From a virus: DNA of 41,232 bases. Made by a program: the position numbers and the translations under genes. The stretch lies in IMG/VR virus record IMGVR_UViG_3300025875_000058, positions 1-41,232 of that record; one strand, given 5' to 3'. Under the pieces are notes generated by a model. It was not told the origin of the DNA. It did not search any database and saw only the letters and a program-made list of their open reading frames with translations. How positions within the stretch are numbered: the stretch's first letter is position 1; every line of letters begins with the position of its first letter. This document shows positions 20,298 through 29,000 of the stretch, one piece after another.

Positions 20298-22376
20298 ATG
20301 AAGGGGATGCTCGTCACACCCGTGGGTTACACCTTCGCGAACCCCGACCTGCTCGGACCCCTTGAGGCGCACGTCGAGGGGTTCGTGAAGATGGGCGTAG
20401 AGGGGGTGCCCAAGCGCCCTTTGTTATATGTCTCCCCTCATGCAGCCACTCTAGAGAGAGTGGCTGCTGTGTGTAGGGAGAAGCGGATAGCCCTGGCCGT
20501 GGACGTGGAGACCAGTCCTCCGGACCAGGGGAAGAGCGAGTGGGCGCTGCTCCCGGGGTACGCCAAGCTCCGCGCCTTCGGAGTGGGCATCGCACTGGGT
20601 AGTGGCATCGGCCTGAGCTGGATGTACCCAGCGCCGGTCAACGTCTGGTCGGAGTTCAAACGGCTGATGGCTGACCCGCGCATCCCCAAGGTCTGGTGTA
20701 ATGGAATTTCTTATGACATGCCGATCCTCGAAAGATACGGCGTGACGTTCGGAGGGCAGCAGCACGACATTCGGGACAGCAGGCGGGCGCTGGTCAGCCT
20801 GAGCCGTACGTCCCTCAGCTTTCAGGTGTCGATCTATTACCCAGGTGTGAAGCCATGGAAGGTGGAGGCAACGAGTGACGATTCTGAAAAGGGTTACGTT
20901 GACGCGAGTCGCATCAAAAGATCGAAGCTCCTCCGTTACAACGCTGAAGATTGTGTCCGGACCGCTCAGGTTAGAAGTCAGCACGTCAGGGAGTTCAAAG
21001 AGGACCCTGCGGATCGGATACGACTTGACCGGCTATACCGGCAGCAGCTCCGACTTGCGCGTTGCGCTGCTCGAATGTCTTATCGAGGCTTCCCTGTTGA
21101 TGAGGGGCGCAGGCGACAACTTCGATTGGACCTCACGGTTCTCGCACGAGATCGAGCGGCTGAACTCCGTAAGCTTATCTCCAAGCGAGCCCCTGCCTTC
21201 CGCATCACTGAAACCGGAGGAGTGAACGAGACCGACCTCGCGGCGCTGGTCTACAAGGACTGCCGCCGCCCCGGCATCAACGGGTTCGACCTGGAGGTTC
21301 CACTCTCCGACCGCTGCCGCACGGACGGCGGGAAGCCAGCGGTGAACCGCAACGCGCTGCTCTTCCTCAGCGTGCAGGACAACTGCCCCGACGAGCTGAA
21401 GGCCATCATGCGAGCGGTGTGGCGGGCGGACTCCCCGCTCAAGGCCCGCTCGACCTACATCGACAGCGACAAGGTGCTCAGCCGCATCGGCCCGGACGGA
21501 CGGATGCACGCCAGCATCAACTCCTGCGGCACGGAGACGGGCAGGTGGAGCTGCTCCAACCCGAACCTCTTCAACCTGTCCGAGGTGAAGGAAGAGTCGA
21601 GCGTGCAAGGGGCACTGCCCAACGTGCGAGGGATGTACTGCGCAGGCAAGGGCAGGGTCATCGTCCACCGGGACTACAAGGGCTTGGAGCTGGCGGTGAT
21701 GCAGGACTACACGGGGGACAAGGTGCTCAGGAAGATGCTGAGCAGCGGCGACGCGCACAACGCTCGCGTGCAGGAGTGGTTCGGCATCCCCGAGGGAGCG
21801 CCCATCCCGAAGCAGCTGCGCAGCATGGGGAAGTCAGTGGGCTTCGCGTCCAACTACGGGTCCGGGCTTGAGACCGTGTTCCTGGTGGTGCTCGCGCTCC
21901 TCCCCGATGCCAAGTTCGAGGACATCGCCCGGCTGCATGCCCTGTTCAAGGAGAAGCACACAGGCATCGTCGAGCACTGGGTCAAGAGCGTGGCTTTCGC
22001 AGAGACGCACGGGTTCAACGAGACCTTCATCACCAACCGCAGGCGGTACTACCCCCCGGGGTTCCCGCTCAGCCCGACCGAGACCAGCAACTACGCCATC
22101 CAGGGGACGGCGGCGGACATCGCCAACGGGTGCATGGTGGGGACGGACGAGAGTGACTACCCCAAATCACTTGAGGCCCGGCTCGCCAGATACTTCCCCT
22201 CTGCGTGGCTGGCGATGCACACCTACGATAGCTTCGATGTTATCTGCGACGAGAAGGACGGGCCTGCGGTCAACGAGCTGATGGACGAGTGCATGCGCGG
22301 ACCGTGGGACGCAGGCGCTGGACCCCGCGACTTTCTGAGCGACGGAAAGATTGGATATTTCTGGAGTGATGTATAA
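20298..22376 (+). CDS. polA: Family A DNA polymerase with 3'-5' exonuclease domain
   Basis: Exo I ALAVDVETS, Exo II WCNGISYDMPIL, Exo III YNAEDCVRT. Motif A HRDYKGLELAVMQ, motif B RSMGKSVGFASNYGSG, motif C region LAMHTYDSFDV. Confidence 0.9.
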   Translation: MKGMLVTPVGYTFANPDLLGPLEAHVEGFVKMGVEGVPKRPLLYVSPHAATLERVAAVCREKRIALAVDVETSPPDQGKSEWALLPGYAKLRAFGVGIALGSGIGLSWMYPAPVNVWSEFKRLMADPRIPKVWCNGISYDMPILERYGVTFGGQQHDIRDSRRALVSLSRTSLSFQVSIYYPGVKPWKVEATSDDSEKGYVDASRIKRSKLLRYNAEDCVRTAQVRSQHVREFKEDPADRIRLDRLYRQQLRLARCAARMSYRGFPVDEGRRRQLRLDLTVLARDRAAELRKLISKRAPAFRITETGGVNETDLAALVYKDCRRPGINGFDLEVPLSDRCRTDGGKPAVNRNALLFLSVQDNCPDELKAIMRAVWRADSPLKARSTYIDSDKVLSRIGPDGRMHASINSCGTETGRWSCSNPNLFNLSEVKEESSVQGALPNVRGMYCAGKGRVIVHRDYKGLELAVMQDYTGDKVLRKMLSSGDAHNARVQEWFGIPEGAPIPKQLRSMGKSVGFASNYGSGLETVFLVVLALLPDAKFEDIARLHALFKEKHTGIVEHWVKSVAFAETHGFNETFITNRRRYYPPGFPLSPTETSNYAIQGTAADIANGCMVGTDESDYPKSLEARLARYFPSAWLAMHTYDSFDVICDEKDGPAVNELMDECMRGPWDAGAGPRDFLSDGKIGYFWSDV

Positions 22377-22394
22377 CCTTTGAAGGAGGATCAT

Positions 22395-22958
22395 ATGACC
22401 ACCAAGTTGAAGAAGCCGTTCAAGTCGCTCATCAAGGCGGCAGAGAAGCAGACGAAGAAGGCAGCAGCGCCCAAGGAACCGAAGCCCAAGCGCATTTGCC
22501 TCAAGTGCAAGAAGGCCCCAGTGCAGTTCCCGCGCAGCAAGCGGTGTCTGCCCTGCCAGCTGGAGGTCCGCCGCCTCCAGCTCAAGCGGAACAACAAGGC
22601 GTGGATGAAACGCATCGCAGAGGGGCAGGCCGGACACCGGCTCGTCTACGCAGGTAAGCCCACCGAGTTCGCCGTGAAGAAGTACGGCGATCGATTCCCC
22701 AAGAAAGTGAAGCAGACCATGGCAGCCAAGAAGCCCGCGAAGGCCAACCCGTTCACGAAGCCCGCAGCCAAGGGTGCAGCGAAGCCCAAGAAGGGCAACC
22801 CCGCGAAGCCCAGCAAGCTCGCACCCCCGTTCAAGAAGAAGGCGAAGGCGTCTGCCAAGGCGGCGGTGAAGCGCGCCGTCAAGGCGAGCAAAGCAGATAC
22901 CGTGAGCGTCGCGACCGTCCCGGTCGTGGACCTCAACGTGGTCCCGCTCGCCAGCTGA
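22395..22958 (+). CDS. Basic zinc-ribbon protein with histone-H1-like K/A/P-rich tail
   Basis: ATG at 22395 with GAAGGAGGA upstream. ICLKCKKAPVQFPRSKRCLPCQ (CxxC-13-CxxC), then AAKKPAKANPFTKPAAKGAAKPKKGNPAKPSKLAPPFKKKAKASAKAAVKRAVKASKA. Confidence 0.7.
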   Translation: MTTKLKKPFKSLIKAAEKQTKKAAAPKEPKPKRICLKCKKAPVQFPRSKRCLPCQLEVRRLQLKRNNKAWMKRIAEGQAGHRLVYAGKPTEFAVKKYGDRFPKKVKQTMAAKKPAKANPFTKPAAKGAAKPKKGNPAKPSKLAPPFKKKAKASAKAAVKRAVKASKADTVSVATVPVVDLNVVPLAS

Positions 22959-22968
22959 GCGTGAAGTA

Positions 22969-23008
22969 GGGCATCCTCGTGGGGTTCGTACCTACCCCGA
23001 GGATGCCC
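22969..23008 (+). promoter_or_regulatory. 14-bp stem hairpin covering the SD and first ATG of the next gene
   Basis: GGGCATCCTCG(t)GGG at 22969-22983 pairs with CCCCGAGGATGCCC at 22995-23008. No U tract. GAGGA (22999-23003) is the likely SD for the ATG at 23009. Confidence 0.65.
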
Positions 23009-23335
23009 ATGTTGAAGCGTATCGCCGTCGCCCTCTCCCTGCTCGCAGGTGCCCCCGCCCTCGCATCGGAGTTTTTCGAGAAGTCCGTCGCCACTACCAC
23101 CACGGGTGGCACCTGCAACGCAGGTCTGCCGCTGGGTCGCGTGCTCATCCAGTGCAGCACCACAGCCTTCGTCCGCATCCGCGAGTCCAACACGGGAGCG
23201 GCCATCACCCCGACCACGGGCGTGACTGTCCTGCCGGGCGCCTTCTACTACACGAACATCACTCCGCAGTTCCTCTCCTTCTGTGCGACCGCGGAGACCA
23301 CGGCCGGGTCCTGCTCGCTCTTCTCGGTGAAGTGA
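23009..23335 (+). CDS. Secreted small protein (Sec signal peptide)
   Basis: MLKRIAVALSLLAGAPALA/SEFF. An alternative ATG is at 23003. The mature part is T/G/A-rich with 4 Cys. Confidence 0.65.
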   Translation: MLKRIAVALSLLAGAPALASEFFEKSVATTTTGGTCNAGLPLGRVLIQCSTTAFVRIRESNTGAAITPTTGVTVLPGAFYYTNITPQFLSFCATAETTAGSCSLFSVK

Positions 23336-23736
23336 TGACGGTCCGCCTTTCGACTGCCATGCGCGATGCCGTGCTGGAGGTTCTCAACACGAACCTCTCA
23401 GGCGGCGTGCTGCGCATCTACTCAGGCTCCCAGCCTGGAGCCGTGTCCACCTCAGCCACCGGCACACTGCTTGCGGAGCTGACGCTGGGTACACCCTTCG
23501 GCGTGGTCACAGCCGGAGTCCTCAGTGCGAGCCCCATCATTGCGGACACGGCAGCCAATGCGGCAGGCATTCCCGGTTGGGCGCGTCTCCTCTCCGCAGG
23601 CGGAGTCACTGCACGGATGGACCTCTCCGTCACCGGCAGCGCCGGAGCCGGAGAGTTGAAGCTCGACAACATGGACGTGAAGGTTGGTGCCCTCGTGGGC
23701 GTGACCTCCCTCACCATCACGGCGCCAGCACCATGA
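23335..23736 (+). CDS. Hypothetical protein
   Basis: The ATG overlaps the previous TGA. MTVRLSTAMRDAVLEVLNTNLSGGVLRIYSGSQPG...GIPGWARLLSAGG... Confidence 0.65.
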   Translation: MTVRLSTAMRDAVLEVLNTNLSGGVLRIYSGSQPGAVSTSATGTLLAELTLGTPFGVVTAGVLSASPIIADTAANAAGIPGWARLLSAGGVTARMDLSVTGSAGAGELKLDNMDVKVGALVGVTSLTITAPAP

Positions 23737-23993
23737 CGCCCGAGGCCTTGGACATCACGACGAAGATCTTCAACGAGCGCACGCTCGCAGTCGTCGGCGT
23801 TGTGGAGTTCGGGGTCATCGTCTACCTACACAAGCAACTGACCGGCGAGCGGGGGGAGCACATGAACACCGCACGGCAAATCCTCCCGCTCGTGCAGAAG
23901 CTCGTGTCGATCCTGGAGCGTCGAGCGGCGCCCCGGAAGCGCACCACCCAGGCGCCTGCAAAGGTGGCCGCACCCGAGGAGGTCGAGCCTTGA
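23733..23993 (+). CDS. Single-pass membrane protein (lysis-cassette candidate)
   Basis: ATGA overlap. Transmembrane segment (TM) LAVVGVVEFGVIVYL and a basic C-terminus. Confidence 0.55.
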   Translation: MTPEALDITTKIFNERTLAVVGVVEFGVIVYLHKQLTGERGEHMNTARQILPLVQKLVSILERRAAPRKRTTQAPAKVAAPEEVEP

Positions 23994-24211
23994 GCCTTCA
24001 CGACGACAAGCGCTTCATCGAGCAGCTACGCCACGGCATGTCAGAGGTGGGGGACATGATGGACTCCATCCTCCGGGACGAGGAGGACGAGGAGGACTCC
24101 GCCGTCCGAAACGAGTGGGCCGAGACGGAAGCCTTCGAGCGGCGCATCGAGGAAGAGCAGTACGAGGCAGCGCACCGTCTCTCCGAAGCCTACCGAGCGA
24201 GGCACAAGTGA
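23990..24211 (+). CDS. Highly acidic small protein
   Basis: TTG start at 23990 (TTGA overlap). ...DSILRDEEDEEDSAVRNEWAETEAFERRIEEEQYE. The start codon is uncertain. Confidence 0.45.
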   Translation: MSLHDDKRFIEQLRHGMSEVGDMMDSILRDEEDEEDSAVRNEWAETEAFERRIEEEQYEAAHRLSEAYRARHK

Positions 24212-24483
24212 GGGACATCTTCCGGTTCCTCATCGGGGTCTACGTCCTCACGTCAGGGTACTGCCTCTGCAAGTTGATCCTCGCGAAGGGGTTCGACTCC
24301 AAGTTCAAGTGGTTCGCGCCGGTCCTCTTCAGCCCCTTCCCCGTGGTGCTGGTCCTCCGAGACATGCGCATCCTGGAGCGCCCTCTGGCGGATGCCGTCT
24401 ACGCCGGGGCCATAACCGCAGGAGTGGGATATCTTGTATTAGCGGTGCGCTACGAAGCGAACCGCACCCGCCCCCACCGCTGA
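24208..24483 (+). CDS. Multi-pass membrane protein, holin candidate
   Basis: GTG at 24208 (GTGA overlap). Three hydrophobic segments (FRFLIGVYVLTSGYCLCKLIL, FAPVLFSPFPVVLVL, AGAITAGVGYLVLAV). Lies directly upstream of the endolysin. Confidence 0.55.
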   Translation: MRDIFRFLIGVYVLTSGYCLCKLILAKGFDSKFKWFAPVLFSPFPVVLVLRDMRILERPLADAVYAGAITAGVGYLVLAVRYEANRTRPHR

Positions 24484-24492
24484 GGAAGTCCC

Positions 24493-25008
24493 ATGGCCCG
24501 CATCCACAAACGGGAGAAACTTGTCCCAGGCACCCACATCACCATCATCGAGTTCATCAACCTGTGCGAGCTGGAGCTTCCCTTCGAGCTGCAGATTGTC
24601 CGCGTCGGGACGACCCTCACCCAGCAGCTGGAGCTGTACGCGAAGGGCCGCACGACCAAGGGTGAACCGCCCTACACCGAGGCGAAGCCGCTTGGTCAGG
24701 TCGTCACCTTCGTCAACACCGTGAAGCGCAGTGCCCACGCCCGGCTTGCCGCGGTGGACGTGGTGCCCGTGGTCAACGGGGAGCTGAAGTGGGGGACCAA
24801 GCTGCACGCAGACCTGACCCGCTGGTACGCCATCGGGGCCTTGGCCGAGCGCATCACGGACGGGCGAGGGCAGCCGGTCTACAAGTGGGGTGGAAGATTC
24901 AACCGCCGAGACCCCCTCACCGGGAAGCGTGAGCTGATGTTCGACGCAGGCCATGTGGAGTTCGCAGGATGGGAAGACATCACCGTTCCCGACTTCGCCC
25001 ACGTCTGA
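24493..25008 (+). CDS. Peptidase M15 (VanY/L-alanyl-D-glutamate peptidase-type) endolysin
   Basis: RTLTQQLELYAKGR...SAHARLAAVDVVP...KWGGRF...DAGHVEF matches the M15 H..D...H zinc-peptidase pattern. SD is GAGGAAG. Confidence 0.75.
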   Translation: MARIHKREKLVPGTHITIIEFINLCELELPFELQIVRVGTTLTQQLELYAKGRTTKGEPPYTEAKPLGQVVTFVNTVKRSAHARLAAVDVVPVVNGELKWGTKLHADLTRWYAIGALAERITDGRGQPVYKWGGRFNRRDPLTGKRELMFDAGHVEFAGWEDITVPDFAHV

Positions 25009-25053
25009 CCGCCTACCCTCACGGTCGAGCTGTGGTCCGGGTGATGACCGCAG

Positions 25054-25086
25054 GGTGGGGGTGCTGGACGAGCAGGCATCCCCACC
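25054..25086 (+). terminator. GC-rich hairpin downstream of the endolysin (terminator-like, weak U tract)
   Basis: GGTGGGG (25054-25060) pairs with CCCCACC (25080-25086), with further inner pairs (TGC/GCA). Confidence 0.45.
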
Positions 25087-25199
25087 TCGTCTACCGGGGA
25101 GTTCCCGGGGAGAAACGCCGGTTGCATCAGACCCAGCACCTCACGTGGCACCTGCATCGCCGTCGCTGAGGGGCCCAGCTGCCCCGCCTTGCGACGTTC

Positions 25200-25229
25200 G
25201 GGGGGCACCCCCTACCCAGGGTGCCCCCC
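25200..25229. terminator. Perfect 11-bp hairpin at the convergence point, directly after the last minus-strand gene
   Basis: GGGGGGCACCC (25200-25210) cctaccca GGGTGCCCCCC (25219-25229). No U tract on either strand. Confidence 0.5.
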
Positions 25230-25235
25230 CACCGC

Positions 25236-25577
25236 CTACTGCGCAGCCAGGGCCAACCCGGCCCCTGCCGCAGCCCCGACCACCAGCGCGCCCACCACCC
25301 AGGGCCAGCGGGCACCCGGCTTGGGGGCGTCCTTGAGCAAGGCCAGCTGCTGCTGACACGCCACCCGGTCCACGTTGGCACGGGCCAGACCCTGGCAGGT
25401 GGAGCTGTCCATCCAGCACCCCACGTCGGGGCTGGGTTCGAATTGACCCACTGCCTTCATGTTCAGCTGGGTCTGCCCCAACACCGCGACCGGAGCATCG
25501 GCCTTGCGCAGCGGGGGAGGAGTGGAGACCGGCACCTCAGCCTGAGAGAGCAGCAGGGCTACGAGCAAGGCGTTCAT
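25236..25577 (-). CDS. Envelope protein with N-terminal signal-like segment and C-terminal TM (spanin-like topology)
   Basis: I chose the ATG at 25577 (MNALLVALLLSQAEVPVSTPPP...) and C-terminus WPWVVGALVVGAAAGAGLALAAQ. The upstream part of the 188-aa ORF is junk-like and overlaps a better gene. Confidence 0.55.
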   Translation of the reverse strand: MNALLVALLLSQAEVPVSTPPPLRKADAPVAVLGQTQLNMKAVGQFEPSPDVGCWMDSSTCQGLARANVDRVACQQQLALLKDAPKPGARWPWVVGALVVGAAAGAGLALAAQ

Positions 25578-25777
25578 GATTCCCTCGGAGGCCAGGACCA
25601 GTGACCGGACTGGGGGTGGAGGCTGAACGGCACACCCTGGTTGAAGTAGAGGCTGCCCTTCCCGAACGTGGCGAGGTTCACGAGCCCGTTGTCGAGCACC
25701 TCGACCACGATGCCCGGGTAGGTCTCCTTGTCCGTGGTCCCCGTGAAGTGGACGATCCTCCCGATGGTGGGCTTCAC
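25574..25777 (-). CDS. Hypothetical small protein
   Basis: MKPTIGRIVHFTGTTDKETYPGIVVEVLDNGLVNLATF... ATGA overlap with the downstream gene. Confidence 0.6.
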   Translation of the reverse strand: MKPTIGRIVHFTGTTDKETYPGIVVEVLDNGLVNLATFGKGSLYFNQGVPFSLHPQSGHWSWPPRES

Positions 25778-26040
25778 GGGAGACCTGCCTTCCGGATGGC
25801 ATCGATGGCCGACTGGTTGTCGGTGATGCTCGCCTTCTCCTTGTCAGCGGCGGTCACGACTGCTGCTGCCTTCTTGGTCTGCGCCTCGTTGTACGCGGAC
25901 TGACCGATGTAGGTCGCGATGAGAGCCACGAGGCTCACCTGCGCTGCATCGTCCAGCTCCAGCCCCAGCTTCTTGTTGAGCACTACGGCCACAAGGCCGA
26001 CCACGAACGCTACGAGTCTGCGGATGGTTGCTGCTTCCAT
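25774..26040 (-). CDS. Two-TM membrane protein, holin-like
   Basis: AAGGAGA 8 nt upstream of the ATG at 26040. TMs are LVAFVVGLVAVVL and VSLVALIATYIG, followed by a charged C-terminus. Confidence 0.55.
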   Translation of the reverse strand: MEAATIRRLVAFVVGLVAVVLNKKLGLELDDAAQVSLVALIATYIGQSAYNEAQTKKAAAVVTAADKEKASITDNQSAIDAIRKAGLP

Positions 26041-26052
26041 GAGTTGATCTCC

Positions 26053-29000
26053 TTACTTGTCTCTGCGGATGTCACGTGCACGCTGGCTAGACTTCCGGTT
26101 CAGCTCTTCGATCTTCGCACGAGATGCACGGATGAGATGCTGCTTCTCTGCGTAAGGCAGCGGCAGGGACTGGATGCGCTGCATGTTCCGCTGTGTATCG
26201 CGTCGTTCGCTCGTCTCCGCACGCCGGTTGGCGATGGCAGACTTCTCTCCGGCAGGTTCCAGCCGGAACGGGGTGATGCGAGCGATGGCTTGTGGCAACG
26301 AGAGCTTCTCCTCCGTCTCACGCAGCTGACCGTAGTGCCCGGTGCGTCGAGCGATGGTCTCCGCATCCCGGATGAAGCCGGGCTGGAGATACTTCCACGC
26401 CTCATCCCGGAGCCTGCGCAGCCGGTCTCCCGGCAGGATGGGTGCGTCCTGGCGTGCGGCATCTCCCAGGCCCACTGCGGCCTGGATGTTCTTGAAGCCC
26501 ATCTCCGCGATGCCTCCCTGCGTGAAGCCCTCGAAGGAGTTCACGAGCACCCGCTTCATCAGGCTGTCCTCCGGGTTCCCCTCGTAGAAGACGGCAGACG
26601 GCATGAGGGACCCGAGGCTGATGACCTGCGGACGACCCTGCTCATCGCGCCACGGCAGCCACTCCCGCCACGGGGAGAAGGGCTTCTGGCTCCCCTTCAT
26701 CTTCGCCTCGGCGTTGTCCACGTCCTCGTCCGTGAAGTTGTAGAGCCGCCGCATCCCCGCGAAGACTCCCGCCACGATGCCGTAGTGGATGCCCACGTTG
26801 AGCGCCTGCCCTGCTCCCTCACCGGAGAAGAGGTCCGTCCCGCCAACGACGTTGCCCCGCTGGTCCGTGGCCTTGAGTCCTTGGCTCTTGATCTTCGCGG
26901 TGTCCTTTGCCCAGTTGAGGTGGACCCGGATGTTGTCTGCGTGCCACGTCATGAAGGGGGCGAGGAGGCCCACTCCGTTCCGAGATGCGTTCTTCACCGC
27001 GTTGCCCACGCTGCCAGCTGAGGCGAAGTTCTTGTTGACGATCCGCGAGGCTCGCGCCCTGGCCTCGGGGATGGACAGACCCAGCCGGTCCCGTCCCTTC
27101 GTCACCTGTTCAATGTAGACCGCGAGCCGCCAGTGCGAGTCGAGGTTGTCGTACCAGCTGCCGAGCTTGGCCTTCATGTCCCCGAACTTCTGCGCTCCCA
27201 TGTCGAAGACACCACGCACTCCCGGCTCAGGGTCCCTGAGAAAGCGCTCGACGATCCGCCGTGATTCGCTACCTCCGAACTCCACGCCCGTGCCTCCGAT
27301 GAGGGCGCTATCTTCCAGCGCCCACTGGACCCACTGCGCGTCCTTGGACGGAGGCGTGTTGTTCTTGGACTTCATCGTCTTGAAGGTGTCGCTGTAGTCC
27401 CGGAGGGCGGTAGCTGACTGCACCATCCGACTGCCGAACCGCTTGTGCCAGTACGGCAGACCGGCTGCTGCGCCGGACGCTCCGTTGCTCAGCCAGTTGG
27501 TGATGTAGGTCATCGGAGAGAAGGCGATCTTCCCCGTCTTCATCGTGCTCGTGAGGAACGACATCACGCCGCTCATCAGCTGCTCGGTGGCCTGCTTCGC
27601 AAGCGGACCCTGCATCACGGACTCGAAGAGCTGAGGGGCGACGTACTTCCCCGCGAACTCCCCGAACATCTTCTTGTTCTCCTGCGGTGAGAGCGCGTCG
27701 TTCCAGATGCGCTGCTCGTGCATCGCAGGGTTCTCAGGGTTGTCGTCCCAGACCTGCCCCTTGAGGTCAGGCGCGGTCATCGCCTTGCTGTGTATGTACT
27801 GCCGATGCAACCGCTCCATCTCCGTCATCGACTGCGCGACGACGTAGGCGGGGTCCTTGATCTCTCCGAGCACCTCCCTCAACACGGGCGGGATACCGCT
27901 GCGCTCCTTCAGGATGGAGCGGTTGAGGTTGGACCCCTTGAAGCGCTGCTGCATGTCCCCGTCCCCGAGGAACAGGTCCATGATCTCCTTGCGTGCGCCC
28001 TCGTACCCGAGGTCGCTCTTGGACATCACGTACTTGATGGCCTTCTCCATCACGTTCTTGCGCGGGCGCCAGCCCTTGTCCTGGAAGGCGCGGTAGTCCC
28101 GGTGAAGCCACTGGAGGTTGCGCTGCTCCAGGTCGATCATGTGCTTCATCTCTCCCTCGCTGAAGTATCCGGACTTCACGAGGTCGAGGCGCTGCTTCTC
28201 CATCTGCTCCATGCCTGCGCGGTAGAGGTTGCGGAACTCATCGGGCAACACGGACTCGGGGATGGTGCCGCTGCTTCCCGGTGCACGGTCCAGGTTCTGG
28301 TTCATGTAGCTGTCGATGAGCCGCTTCTGGCTGGGGGTCGCCGCGTTGTATGCCTTCCGCAGCTGGGGGAAGATCCGACCCATCTGCTGGTTGGCCATGT
28401 GTTGCGCGGCACGGATGCCACGGATGGCCTCCGCCACCAGCGGCTGAGCGCGGAACTCAGGCAGGCCCAGCTCCTTCTTCTGCTTCTCCCACCAGCTGTC
28501 TCGCTGGTTGAAGCCCTCCATCATGCGCTGCTCGAACTCCTTGGGAATCTCAGGCGTGCGTACATAGGCAGGCAGCGGACCTGCGACTGGAGCTGCACCT
28601 CCCGACTCCACGGTGCGCGGGTCTCGCCGCGGTGCCTCGTCGCGCATCTCACGCCACTGGTACTCAGCCTCTGCCTTGCGCGCGTACTCAGCTGCGACCT
28701 TGGGGTCAGGGCGCACTTCAACGGGCTTGCCTCCGCTGCCTCCTCCGACTCCGCTCTTGAGCGCAGGCTTGCCCTGGATGATTGCCGCGTCGTCCCACTC
28801 CAGCGCACTGGTCAGAGGCTCGGGCGAGTCGATGACTGCGGAGATCTCCCGCGAGTCAGAGGGCTTCCACTTCATGGGCTGGTGCGTGCCGGTCACGTCA
28901 GCCGGAGTGAGCTGCCCCACTCGCTGGGTGCGCACAGCTGGCAATCCAGAACGGTTCAGGACTTCCACCCGTGCAGGCTGGAGTAGGCCGACGCTGCGGT

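Noticed and set aside
25435-25443. tRNA-like TpsiC sequence GGTTCGAAT
   Set aside because: The flanks (CTGGG / TGACC) cannot form a T-stem, and no acceptor or anticodon arms are nearby. It lies within the coding region of the 25236..25577 gene. I found no other tRNA-like candidates.
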